A DNA stretch of 64,000 bases from Mantamonas sphyraenae STR306 (lineage: Eukaryota; Protista; CRuMs). Numbering within the stretch: the stretch's first letter is position 1; every line of letters begins with the position of its first letter. The translations under genes were made by a program, and so were the position numbers. The stretch spans positions 310,001 through 374,000 of the forward strand of contig JAPMXV010000045.1 of assembly GCA_026936335.1 (NCBI GenBank), written 5' to 3'. This document shows, one piece after another, positions 1 through 10,469 of the stretch. The notes below the pieces were generated by a model. It saw nothing but the letters and a program-made list of their open reading frames with translations, was not told the origin of the DNA and did no database searches.

Positions 1-244
1 CCCGTGTGACTGCACACCCCATCACAGACACTGATAGTGTGGCTGCGTGGTTCAGTGCTTCGCCTCCCTCAGCGTCTTGTGTGTCGCCAGTGCCCCACTT
101 GCTCCAGCTGTCCATAGCCGCCATCATTTCACGTCTGGGTTCACATCGGTGTGCAGCCGAGCCGTCGACGCAAGATCACATCCACATGCGTGGGATCATT
201 GCGGTGCGGCGTTCTCCTCTCCTCTTCTTCCGCTCTCTCCGTTC

Positions 245-763
245 TTATTCATCCACAGACACTTCCGTGCTGTCCTTGCCACTGCGGCGCTTGACGGCAA
301 TGCGCTTTGGCGTGACCTCCTCCTGCACTGGCTTGGTGATCACCAGCTCCAGCACGCCATCTTCCAGGTGAGCCGACACGTCGTCCTCCGTCGTGCCCTT
401 CGGCACACGCAGACGACGCTCAAACTTGCCGTACGATCGTTCGATGCGACGGTAAGTCACCTGACCCTCGTCGTCCTCCTTCTCTTCCTTGTGCTTGTAC
501 TGGCGCTCTGCGCTCAGGCTGAGCACGCCGTTGTGCAGGGAGATGTGCACGTCGTCCTCATGCACACCGGGCATGTCTGCATGCACCACGATGTCCTTGT
601 CCGTCTCGTGGACATCCAGCTTGGGGCCGTAGCCCGTCAGGCCAGACAGGGCACGGCTGGATCCGTCGCCACTGTTGTTCTGGCTGCTGCGACGGCTCGT
701 CAGCTCGTCGTTGAAAAAGTCGTCCATGTCAAATGCAAAAGGTCGAAACAGGGAAAGGCTCAT
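245..763 (-). CDS. HSP20: Small heat-shock protein (HSP20/alpha-crystallin family), copy 1
   Basis: 172 aa; LDVHET..ADMPGV, GVLSLSAER, IERSYGKFERR, AHLEDGVLEL motifs; intronless. Confidence 0.96.
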   Translation of the reverse strand: MSLSLFRPFAFDMDDFFNDELTSRRSSQNNSGDGSSRALSGLTGYGPKLDVHETDKDIVVHADMPGVHEDDVHISLHNGVLSLSAERQYKHKEEKEDDEGQVTYRRIERSYGKFERRLRVPKGTTEDDVSAHLEDGVLELVITKPVQEEVTPKRIAVKRRSGKDSTEVSVDE

Positions 764-880
764 GTTGATTCGCTTGTTCGCTTGTGTGTGTGGTTGTTCG
801 CTTAAGCTCTGTGCTTTGTCTTGGTTGAGTTGGTGCTAGGGGCGCAGGTTGTTTTTGTAGGTTGTTCGGTGGTCGGCAGG

Positions 881-900
881 CGGAAATTCGAGAAGGTTCT
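881..900 (-). promoter_or_regulatory. Heat-shock element upstream of HSP20 copy 1
   Basis: cGGAa aTTCg aGAAg gTTCt: three perfect alternating nGAAn units plus one imperfect, about 120 nt upstream of the ATG. Confidence 0.8.
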
Positions 901-1609
901 GCTGGGTTGTGGAAGGGTGGAGACGGAAGGTGGAAGATGCGGGTGGGGGGAAAGTGGTACGAGGCTGGTGCGAGGTGGTGTGGCTGGAACTGTGGCAGGC
1001 AGAGGAGGTGGTGGGTCGGAAAGTGTCGGGGAGTTTTTGCGCAGAACGAGTTGCTCAGCAACGACGTTATCGGTCGCTGTGGATGGGAACGGGGACGTGA
1101 ATGGACACGGAGATGGTGGCAGAGGGAGGAATGGATCACACTGCAAATGCAACGAAGCGTGGGATGTTGTGTAGTGAGCGCACTATGTCGTGGGGAGTGG
1201 GGACGCGTTGTGACAAGGAAACGAAAGGGAACAAAGCCTAGTGTGTGCCACAGGAACCAGAATGGATGCATGTGTGCATCGAAAGGGGTTACACTGCAGC
1301 CCAAGGAGGTGGTTCATGTGTGCTGAAGAACGTTCTTGTGCGCTGTGGAAAGGTGAGTACACGGTGGTTGTCTTTCCACACCTCCCCACAGCTTCCATGT
1401 GTCCATCCACGCTTCCAGCACTGTCCCAATGCCAACAATACCACGTGCAAAGCACCATGTACGCTCAGTGAGTCCACTGCTCGTCTTGTCGGCCCCGCCC
1501 CAAACATTTGGGTCCTCGTCACTTCCACAAAACGGAAGCGCCTGCGTCGCCCCCGCCCAACCAAGTGTACAGGGAATCTAGCAACGGCGTGATGCTCTCT
1601 CTGTGCCAG

Positions 1610-1744
1610 ATTTTTACTTCGTACATTGCCAAGAGGAAACATTCAGCGATATCAACCACCATGTCATGAACAAACATTTTTACTTCGAGTTGCAGGACGC
1701 GCTGCGCTTGCGCTAAGCACATGTCGGATCCCATTTTTACTTCG
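1610..1744. repeat. Three spaced direct repeats ATTTTTACTTCG
   Basis: Copies at 1610, 1676, 1733; mirrored in the other arm at 12707 (one extra A), 12765, 12831. Confidence 0.85.
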
Positions 1745-2230
1745 AAAACTATTGTCAACGACCGTTCACAACGGATCCGGCTTGATGCTGCAGGAGCAGC
1801 GCCCATCAACACCTTTCAAACCAGAAAACGAGGCGCCATGGCACACAAAAACGCCGCTACCGCCTAACCACGTTCTCCTTCATAGTCGAGACCACCCCCT
1901 TGGATGCATCAGCACAGGGCGGCCGCGTGCGCAGAGGCCTGGGCTGCACATGGGACGCTTGCGGATGGTGTGCTGAAGGCGAGAGCAGGGAGGACCAGAC
2001 CGCGTGACACGCCGACACCCGGTTCAAACATGGTTCATACCTGGACTCGCCACGTCAGCTTGCCACTCCAGCACGTCTCGCAGCCCGCATACATGGGTCC
2101 AGGCGCGGTTGCTTGTGGATGAGGCATCAACCCCCCCTTTTCCATTTCGGCACTCCTTTGAGGCCGGAACTTAATGATCCAAAAGACAAAGAGCGATGGG
2201 AAATGTGTTTGGAAGTGTGTTGTGTTCTGA

Positions 2231-2797
2231 CTAGTCATCGTCGATTCTTCCGGTGGCGGCAAGGAAGATCCAGATGCACATGAAACAAGGCCAAGCAAAC
2301 CAAGGCGTTGTCCCACTCTCACCAAGGCTCAGGGTGAGACCACACATTGCTGCGCATGTCACGACAAATAGAATCCATGACACTATGGTGACAGCAAGGG
2401 TCACCACAGTGCCACACGCTGGTGATCGCGCAAGCTCTGCCGTGTTCGCAATCGCCACCACGGCACACACAAGCCACATGATGATCATGAGCAGCATGTG
2501 GCCAGAACTTGCCATCTTCAGCGCCTTTTCTTTGTCCAGATATCCGGATTCGATTCCCAGCGGACCCCATACGGAGGTGGCACAGAAGCAGCAGCTTCCG
2601 ACGAGAACCACGACCAGGAACAGCACATTGCACACCAGCACCAGTTCACTGCAGCTATCGCCTGGCTGTAGAAACCACAGAGTGATTGCGGCCACCGCGA
2701 GCATGGCAAACACAGGGATTCCCCACTTGAAAGTACACTTCTGACGCTGAATCATCGGCGCCGTATTCAAAGAAACAGCGAGTTTGTGCCAATCCAT
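2231..2797 (-). CDS. Multi-pass membrane protein; separate gene or frameshifted tail of the upstream LRR gene
   Basis: About 188 aa from MDWHK with 4-5 hydrophobic helices; overlaps the 3' end of ORF 2655-5762 in another frame. Confidence 0.55.
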   Translation of the reverse strand: MDWHKLAVSLNTAPMIQRQKCTFKWGIPVFAMLAVAAITLWFLQPGDSCSELVLVCNVLFLVVVLVGSCCFCATSVWGPLGIESGYLDKEKALKMASSGHMLLMIIMWLVCAVVAIANTAELARSPACGTVVTLAVTIVSWILFVVTCAAMCGLTLSLGESGTTPWFAWPCFMCIWIFLAATGRIDDD

Positions 2798-5762
2798 CGT
2801 TCCTTTGGGCCTCCAAGTCACCGTGGATGTCACTGAGCAGATAGTCGCCAGCTTCTGTGGGATACGGCGCCCGATTGCGGCCCTGCCACAAAGCCACCGC
2901 AGTTACAACAGCCACCAGCAACGACACAACAGCCCCATAGATGAGAGTGGTCCACTGTTGTGCTTCCTTGTCTCCTGAATTGTAGGTGACGACCCACGCG
3001 CCGGCAGCAGAGGCGATGATGGCCACATGGGACGCCTGGACGCACCTGCCGACCCAATCCACGCTTGCAGGCACCCTGCGGAGGCTGAGAAACAGCATGG
3101 ACACAGTCACAACGCTGTGAGAAATGAGATACTCCTGTGGAAAGTCACTCAATGTAACGGCGAGCATCGTCAGGACAATCTTGGCCAAATTCGTACGAAG
3201 AAGAAACCTCGATTCCAGGCGAATGTCCAGCGCTTCCTTGCGCTCCTGCCGCACGGTGCTGAGCAGAGATGCCAGCGGGAAGAACAGCATCATTGCACCA
3301 ACGGCGGCCACACACTGCACAACGTGCTCTGAACCAGCGCATGCCACGCCAGTGGCTGACATTCCACTGGCGTCGCAAGGGATGGCACGCAACAACCCGT
3401 TGACAATGGGCAAGAACAACAGACCGTTGGCTTGCATGATCACAGGCGCCATGCTGCCCCGACTTCCACGCACACGTTCGTACACCGCCAGGGTTGGGGC
3501 GGCGACAAAGTCGAGCAGAGCAGGTGCCAATGTCCAGACCTCGGTGACCGCGCGGATGCATACAGCCAGCCCAAAGAAGGTCCAAAACTGAAAATGAGAC
3601 CACTGCTCGCTGGAGGCCAGGTGAGGAAACACAAGGTCCAGGCGCACCATGGCCAGCTGGAAGGGAGTGGAGATCATCTCGGGCCACGGGATGTGAGGCA
3701 GAAACGCGAAGCTGCTCAGCTGGAGGAAGTTGATGACCAAGGTTGCCAGTGACAGGATGTTGTCCTTGTTCCATTCTCGAACGCGCGTGTGGCCGTGCGC
3801 TTCTTGTCGTGACTTCCAGCTGTCGTCCACGAGGCCCTTGCGCGAGCTGTAGGTTGAGCTGCTGGCTAGGAAAAGCACGGGAAGCACAGGGAACATGCTC
3901 AGCGTGAGTGACCAAATGGTAAGTGCCTCTGTGCCGATGACGCTGCCTGTGCTGGCCAACACGATCATCATCACCACCACCACTGCGTCCAGGATGCGGA
4001 TGGCGCGCGTGGGGAACAGCCCACCGATGAATCCCAATGGCATGTGCAATGTCGTGCGCAGCGGATTGCCGTCTGTGATGACTTCGCTTTGCAGACGAGC
4101 CAGTGAGAGCGGAAGTTGCGGCAGGCTGCATCGGCGCAGCACGAGCCGTTGCAGCCGTCGTTGACCCAGCAGAGCGACCGCCAGCACTTCAATGTCGTCC
4201 AAGGACATGGCAAGGCCAGTGAGATCCAGGCTCACGAGCCACGACGGGTTGGCTTCCATCATGGGCACAAGTTGCCTCAGCTCAGAGCCCGTGAGGCCAC
4301 TGCCGGACAAATCAAGCTCGCAAATGGCCGGGTTGGCTTGCATCAACTCTAGGATGATGTTCAGTCTGGGCAAATTCAACGTAAACTCTCCGCACGAGAG
4401 CCCACGCAGCGTTTTCACAGACGCCAAAGCGCGACACGTCTGCCTCAGTGCTTCCTCGGTCTCGGGAGCGTCTGGCATGGCCTCTTCAAGAACAATGGAT
4501 CGAATGGGTGGCCCCTGCCTCTCGCAAACCTGCCGAATGGCCAGCGTGGTCAGAATCGGCTTGACGTCTTGGTCCACACGGCTGCCGTTCACAAACACGT
4601 TGAACCGCCACCCTTTGTCCAAAAACCCCTTTTGCATCCAGGCATCCACTTCCCACGAAATCTTTTGTGCATTGAGCACCAATGGCTGCGTCAGCTCTGG
4701 GGACAGCCGCGGCATCTGCAGCAGCTCCTGACACAGAATGCGCCACGGGTCGCCAGGCTCCTTGTGCATGAAGCTCTCTAAAGGTCCTTGGTGCGCATCT
4801 GCCTCGCTGAGGATGTCCGCAAGCTTGCTGCATACGGCAGGGCACGAAAGTTTCTGCAAGGAGTTGTTGCCAGCCACCTTGGCCCACATGGACTCTGCCA
4901 CCTCTGCACGCATAGGCCCAGACCACTTGTCACTGCTGTTGGAGTTGATGACAAATTCAATGCACGTGGTGTTTTGGTCCAGCAGATCAAGCAGCTGGAG
5001 CAGTTCGTCGTGCTGCACTGCGCCCCAGATCGTCAACTCCTCCAAAGATCGAAGCCCAGAGATGACCTTGCAAGCTTCCATGTTCAATGTGCAACTGGTC
5101 AGCGAGAGATGTCGAAGTGGGGTTCTCTTGAGCGCGTGGAAAAGCTCTGGAGACACCGCGACACCACGAAGCTCCAGGGAGTCCAGGGCCTTCATGGCAG
5201 ACAGGGATTCGCACAGGGAGGCATGAAATTCACTGGTAGAGAGGTTGGCCTTCTTGATCGGGTCGTGGGGAAGGTTGATGCAAACGGTGGTGAGGGTGGC
5301 CGGCAGCCGAGGCAATGTGCCTTGCCAGTCGCCGCCCAGGTTCAGGTGCGTCAGCTTCGCCCCTGCATCGGTAACAATCCGTTGCCATGGCCCACGGACG
5401 TCATGAAAGTACATGTGCGTGATCCCCAGGTGTGCCATGGACTCTCCCAGCAACAACGGCGCAGGAAACTTGACGTTGCTCGCAGAAAAGTAGGTCAGCG
5501 AGCTCAACGACGACATCGCCGCAGCCAACTTTGACACGCTTGCTTTGGAAACCACTGCGTTTCTGATGCTCAGCTCGTCGATTTTCTCCACACGCCCGAC
5601 GTGTTCCAGTTGCTGCTTCGGCAAGTCCCGCTTTGCGTAGTCACCTCCGGTGGGGATGCTAAAATGCATGTCCATGTCGCGGTCGTAGCCTTCTCTGTAC
5701 GTCTGTTCATTCCCAAGCACCAGATTCACCGGCTTGGCGGTGCTGCCGGTTGACGAGGACAT
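2655..5762 (-). CDS. Leucine-rich-repeat (RNI-like) protein with C-terminal multi-TM domain
   Basis: LxxLxLxx repeats (LTHLNLGG, LRHLSLTSC, ICELDLSGSGL, LVSLDLTG) followed by about 8-9 hydrophobic segments (VINFLQL, FLPIVNGLL..CD). Confidence 0.8.
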   Translation of the reverse strand: MSSSTGSTAKPVNLVLGNEQTYREGYDRDMDMHFSIPTGGDYAKRDLPKQQLEHVGRVEKIDELSIRNAVVSKASVSKLAAAMSSLSSLTYFSASNVKFPAPLLLGESMAHLGITHMYFHDVRGPWQRIVTDAGAKLTHLNLGGDWQGTLPRLPATLTTVCINLPHDPIKKANLSTSEFHASLCESLSAMKALDSLELRGVAVSPELFHALKRTPLRHLSLTSCTLNMEACKVISGLRSLEELTIWGAVQHDELLQLLDLLDQNTTCIEFVINSNSSDKWSGPMRAEVAESMWAKVAGNNSLQKLSCPAVCSKLADILSEADAHQGPLESFMHKEPGDPWRILCQELLQMPRLSPELTQPLVLNAQKISWEVDAWMQKGFLDKGWRFNVFVNGSRVDQDVKPILTTLAIRQVCERQGPPIRSIVLEEAMPDAPETEEALRQTCRALASVKTLRGLSCGEFTLNLPRLNIILELMQANPAICELDLSGSGLTGSELRQLVPMMEANPSWLVSLDLTGLAMSLDDIEVLAVALLGQRRLQRLVLRRCSLPQLPLSLARLQSEVITDGNPLRTTLHMPLGFIGGLFPTRAIRILDAVVVVMMIVLASTGSVIGTEALTIWSLTLSMFPVLPVLFLASSSTYSSRKGLVDDSWKSRQEAHGHTRVREWNKDNILSLATLVINFLQLSSFAFLPHIPWPEMISTPFQLAMVRLDLVFPHLASSEQWSHFQFWTFFGLAVCIRAVTEVWTLAPALLDFVAAPTLAVYERVRGSRGSMAPVIMQANGLLFLPIVNGLLRAIPCDASGMSATGVACAGSEHVVQCVAAVGAMMLFFPLASLLSTVRQERKEALDIRLESRFLLRTNLAKIVLTMLAVTLSDFPQEYLISHSVVTVSMLFLSLRRVPASVDWVGRCVQASHVAIIASAAGAWVVTYNSGDKEAQQWTTLIYGAVVSLLVAVVTAVALWQGRNRAPYPTEAGDYLLSDIHGDLEAQRNDGLAQTRCFFEYGADDSASEVYFQVGNPCVCHARGGRNHSVVSTARR

Positions 5763-5833
5763 GGTGTGGAGGTTGGCGGCGACTCCGCCAAGCAAACGTG
5801 AATTTCCCAATCACAACGAGCGGCAAGGACATC

Positions 5834-6603
5834 ATGAGCACCGAAGACAGCCAATCGAAGAACAACCTGTGGGTGGAGGACATCTCCAAGCAGGTGACAC
5901 CCGAGGGAGACAAACCCGCCTTCCTCTTCCACAATGTTCTCAGCGCCGAAGAGTGCCAGGAGTGGATCGACCGGGCAGAGGAGAAGGGGTTCAACTCGCT
6001 GGAGAACGAGTACCCGCCGGAATATCGCAACAACGTCCGCTGCATCATCTTTGACGAGGACTTTGCAGCGATGATGTTCGAACGCTGCAAGGAGCACATC
6101 CCGGGCGAGCTGTCCCACCCATACCACGAGTCGCGGCACTGGAAGCCTGTTGGCATGAACGAATGCCTGCGACTGTGCAAGTATGAGGCCGGGGGCAAGT
6201 TTGGAGCGCGTACGTTGGCATGTGGGAATTCCAGGTCAATTCCGAGAAGCGAGGCTCACACACTCACCCGGGGATTACAGACTGCGACGCGAGCTACATC
6301 CGCGTCAATTTCTACGAGGAGACATTCCTGACCTTCATGATTTATCTGAATGGCCCACTGGACGGCGGCGACACGGTGTTTCTGGATCAGATCACCAAGA
6401 AGGAGCTGCTGCGTGTCAGCCCGGAGGCAGGCATGGCCCTTGTCTTCCAACACAACATCTACCACTGTGGACAGAAACTGGAGAGCGGGGAGAAGTATCT
6501 GCTGCGCAGCGATGTGCTATATCGCTATCCGGCAAAGCAGATGATTGACGAAGTTGTCGACGACGACGACGACGACGACGACAACGACGAGTTGGACTCA
6601 TGA
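5834..6603 (+). CDS. 2OG-Fe(II) dioxygenase (prolyl-4-hydroxylase-like); exons 5834-6209, 6281-6603
   Basis: HNVLSAEEC, RLCKY. Splicing the GTACGT..CAG intron creates the HxD motif (H-C-D). TFMIYLN, GGDT, distal H and KYLLRSD follow. Confidence 0.9.
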
Positions 6604-6669
6604 CACAATGCATGACCCTCCAAGCGACATGCCACAATGCGTTGCTGTCTTCATTTCTTGTTGCACACC

Positions 6670-7755
6670 CTACGTCCAGCCGGTCAGGTGCTGGAGCACG
6701 GGTTCCAGGCGTTCAAACATCTGTGCGTGTTGGGTGACGTTGGGATGTGTGCCACAGCCGGTGTGGTCAATGCCCTGCATGTCCACATAGGCCACAGGAT
6801 GCCCTGCAGCCTGCTCCTCCTGCACGACGCGTTGCACGTAGCTGCAGCACGGGTCGTGGATCATCGGTCCACAGCACAGCGCTGCAGGCAGGTCCTGATT
6901 CTGAGCTTCGTCACGCATGCGTTGCAATACACGATGGTACGTGCTCACCCACAGGTCGGCGTCCGGGGCCACCTTTGGGTTGGAAAAGTCGTTGGTGCCA
7001 ATGTTGACCACCAGAACGTCTGGCAGGAACTGCGATGGGTCCCACACAGGCTGTGGTTGGCTTGCAATCGTCCGGTTCAGGTAAAACGGCAACGTGCGCT
7101 GCGAGTACACCCGCGGGTCGCCGTAGTTGTGCAGCAAGCCGATGCCAGAGATGCACTGAACCTGCGGCTGCGCGTGAAAATGCTCTGCTGCAAGCATGGC
7201 GTACGTCAACAATCCATCCTGCGTCTGGGGTGTGAACGGGCACGGCCCCGTGCCCAGGTCGCCGTAGCCGCAGGTGATCGAGTCACCCAGCACACGAATC
7301 TTGCGTTGCTTCTCGCCAATTTCCTCTTCGGGCGCCGTGCTGAACGACTCGATACCTCCAAACGCATACACCGTCACCATGCCCACTAGAGCCTCCGTGC
7401 GCTTCACCATCGACACGCGCACAGTCGTGCCTGCAGGAACGTCCGTCAACAGCGTGTACGTTTGCTTCTCCGTGTTTGTGCTCACCACGTGCGACAGCTT
7501 CTGGTCGTTCACAAGCATGGTAAACTCGTTGTTTTGCCCATCCATCACCACCCACAGTGTTCCGTTCTCCAGCGTCATCGGCTGCAACGTCAGTCCGACG
7601 TCGCTCCAATCAAACGCAAGCGAACCCTGCGTTTCGTTCCGCGCAGCACGCCCAATCGGCGTCACGCGCGCATCCGTCGCCAGGATCTCCATGCACGACG
7701 CCGTCATAGCGCACACGGCCAACACCACTGCTGCCCATCTCAACAAACGATGCAT
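6670..7755 (-). CDS. Secreted SGNH/GDSL esterase, carbohydrate esterase family 2-like
   Basis: Signal peptide; VKRTEA, GDSITCGYG, SGIG, VVNIGTNDF, GCGTHPN (CE2-type CxxH). Confidence 0.85.
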   Translation of the reverse strand: MHRLLRWAAVVLAVCAMTASCMEILATDARVTPIGRAARNETQGSLAFDWSDVGLTLQPMTLENGTLWVVMDGQNNEFTMLVNDQKLSHVVSTNTEKQTYTLLTDVPAGTTVRVSMVKRTEALVGMVTVYAFGGIESFSTAPEEEIGEKQRKIRVLGDSITCGYGDLGTGPCPFTPQTQDGLLTYAMLAAEHFHAQPQVQCISGIGLLHNYGDPRVYSQRTLPFYLNRTIASQPQPVWDPSQFLPDVLVVNIGTNDFSNPKVAPDADLWVSTYHRVLQRMRDEAQNQDLPAALCCGPMIHDPCCSYVQRVVQEEQAAGHPVAYVDMQGIDHTGCGTHPNVTQHAQMFERLEPVLQHLTGWT

Positions 7756-7824
7756 GGCTCAGCGTTTTGTTCCAATTCTGTTCCTCGCCGCGCCGCGCCG
7801 CGCCACTCCACACCACACCACACC

Positions 7825-8618
7825 TCACTTGCGCATGGCAATGACCACAATGCTCTTTTGCACGTCTCGTTGCAGCGGCAGCGCCAGAAAGCTGCCGAAT
7901 GAGTCGTACAGCTTCTTGACCACACCTCCCGTTTCAAAGATGTACGAGTAAGCGTTGCCCATGCCGATGAGCTGGTCGTATACTGCCTGCAGTTTCTTCT
8001 TGCTCTTCTTTCCTTTGTCGTGCACGTACAAGGCATCAAAAAACACCAGCGGCAGACCCAGAATCTGCTTGCTCAGCCCCAGCGAGAAGTTGAACGTGGG
8101 CACCACCGCTGAGCGGCCGTAGCACAGGAGCACACGCAACGTGTCCACCCGTGCAGACGCGTCGGAGCCTTCTTCCAGCGCATATCGTCGCAGGTCCACG
8201 CGGTCATTGATGCCGTCAAACAGGCCGTCCATGTTCAGCGTGTCAAAGTCCTCTTGCGGGGTCTGCAGCGAGTTCAACACCCCCAGAAGCTCCTGCCAGT
8301 CACTCGTAAAGTCCTGCAACCACACCACCGTGTCCGTCAGTGCCACAATGGCAAACTCGTGCCTCTTCTGCATGCTCAGCTTGATCGAAATGAAGCTGCG
8401 CACGGCGCTGACCACCACAGCAAACTTTGAGTGGCCCGCGACTTTGCTTGTCTTGAGCACATGCGTGGCCATCTCTTTGGACAAGTCGATGCACACAATA
8501 ATTTTCTCTTTGCCGTAGGCCTTGTCCACACCCAACCCATCTGCAGCGCTCTTGGCCGCTTCGGAAAACGTCGACGGCTGACTACCTTTCCCAGAGTTTC
8601 CACCGCCGCCGCCGCCGC

Positions 8619-8652
<34 letters not shown>

Positions 8653-8718
8653 CCCAGAGTGGCTGCTCTTGCCGGCTCCTCCCCCGGAGCTGCTCATGGG
8701 TGAGGGTTGTGTTTGCAT
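7825..8718 (-). CDS. BABAM1: BRISC/BRCA1-A complex member 1 (MERIT40)-like vWA protein
   Basis: EKIIVCIDLSKEM, HEFAIVAL, RVLLCYGRS, FFDALYVH, LALPLQR; start at 8718 or 8697. Confidence 0.82.
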
Positions 8719-8766
8719 CGCGGGCGCCGGAGCTGCCAACGAAACCCCTTCCTGCTTTTCTCTGCC

Positions 8767-10396
8767 ATGGGTGCCTGCTGCACAAAGAACACTGGGTCTA
8801 CGGATGACAGCAAAGGCAACCAAAAGAAGAAGCTGGACAGACGTACGTGACTCTGCCATGGTGCTGGACCCTCGAAAACTCGGTTCTGGAACCTCACCAG
8901 CCTCAGCTGACATGCCCGGACACACCACACATTCATTCACACGACACAGAGCAATCCAAGGTCCTGCTGCAAGCCGAAGAGGAGCCGTCAAAGGACAGTG
9001 GTGCACACATCGAGGTGACTCTGGAGGAAGTGGATCTGGAGGTACGTCTGGTTGCCAGCCTTGGGAAGTTCCGGCCTGACCACGCAAACTCGGCTGGAGT
9101 TTGCGGACTGGACAACTCACACGGGTGCGCAACACCGCCCTTCACCCCAAACACGCATCCAACACGCAGGAGGAGGACACGGTGGCTGAGGATGGCACCA
9201 CAGAGGTGGTATTGGATGAGGACGAGGACGAAAACCCGTTCACTCGCTCCAGCTCCTCAGCTGCACCCGGGGCAGCGTACAGCAAAAGCGAACTGGGCAT
9301 CAAACACCCGCCACTGGACACGAGCAAAGTGTACGCATCGATTGCACAGGACCAGGATCTGAGCACACTGGACGATGGCACAGGCAAGCTGGAGGTGTGG
9401 CACATCTACGATCTGGAGAAGCAACCCGTTCCGCCGTCACAGTTTGGCATGTTTTACGCAGGCGACTCCTACCTGTGCCTCTACACGTACGAGTTCCAGG
9501 GCGAACTCATGCACATCATCTACTTCTGGCAAGGCGAGCAGTCGTCCATCGACGAAAAGGTGGCCGCAGCCTACATGGCCAAGGAGATGGATGACATGTT
9601 TGAGGGCCGCCCTGTGCAGGTGCGCGTGGTGCAAGGCCACGAACCCAGCCACTTCCTTGCGTTGTTCAAGGGCACCATGATTGTGCACCAGGGTGGCCAC
9701 AAGAGCGCTCTTCGCAACACCCTGGAGACCGACACAGGCCTGGACCTGCCCGCCGCCTTGTACAAGGTCAAAGGAGACACGCCTCTCACCACCAAAACTG
9801 TACAGACGGAACTGAGCGCGGCGTCACTGACCAACGCAGACTCGTTTGTGTTGCTGGACCGTGTCAACGCCCTCCAATTCCTCTGGCACGGCAAAGACAG
9901 CAACCTGACCGAGCAATCGCAACTGTCTGCCATTGCACAGCGTGTCCAGGAAGGCGACCCTGTGGAGTACAGCATTGAACATGTGTCGCAGGGCGAGGAG
10001 CCAGACGCGTTTTGGGCGGCCCTTGGAGGACGCGGTGAACCGCAAGAGGTGCCTGCCCACGAGGTCAACGCAGAAGCTGCGCACACTCTGCACCTGTGCA
10101 CACTGAAGAACGGAAAGGACGACCAGTCCATTGGCATCCAGGATCTGGACACCGTCGACCGCGCAACGCTCGACAAGTACGGTCGCGCTGACACGGGCGT
10201 CGTCCTTCTCGACACGGGCGTCGAAGTCTACTGTTGGATTTCCCACAACACCAACGAACAGGAGAAGCAGCAGGGCGTGCAGATTGCCATGGAGTACCTG
10301 CGTGTGCGTGAACGAGATCCCGCAACCCCCATCATCCGCGTCGACGAGGGTTCCGAGGGCGCCCTCTTTGCACGCGTACTTGCAACCACTTCGTAG
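8767..10396 (+). CDS. Gelsolin/villin-family protein (3 gelsolin repeats) with MGACC N-terminus; exons 8767-8842, 8950-9041, 9170-10396
   Basis: FYAGDSYL, IYFWQG..SS.DE, QVRVVQGHEP.HF, VVLLDTG..VYCW. Two phase-consistent GTACGT..CAG introns link the ORF to an ATG at 8767. Confidence 0.85.
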
Positions 10397-10469
10397 GAGG
10401 AGGAAGGGGAGTGTGGTTCAGTTTCAGAAGAAATGCAGGCACTTGCGCAGTGGATGCCAACTCGGGGTC

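Larger units (their letters stand above)
1..2207. repeat. Left arm of large inverted repeat (runs off the window edge)
   Basis: 1-20 is the reverse complement of 14431-14450. 2198-2207 (gggaaatgtg) is the reverse complement of 12246-12255. Colinear throughout, with scattered substitutions and small indels. Confidence 0.97.

Noticed and set aside
1610-1744. CRISPR-like array
   Set aside because: Repeats are only 12 nt, three copies, unequal spacers, no cas genes, eukaryotic context
1519-1812. Small ORFs duplicated in the repeat arms
   Set aside because: The copies differ by nonsynonymous changes and a frameshift, unlike HSP20; no recognisable domain
2021-2030. tRNA or Pol III B-box (GGTTCAAAC)
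   Set aside because: No A box or cloverleaf found around it
8603-8650. Trinucleotide runs (also about 22255, 35942, 48385, 51435)
   Set aside because: Ordinary coding poly-Ser/Gly/Gln tracts
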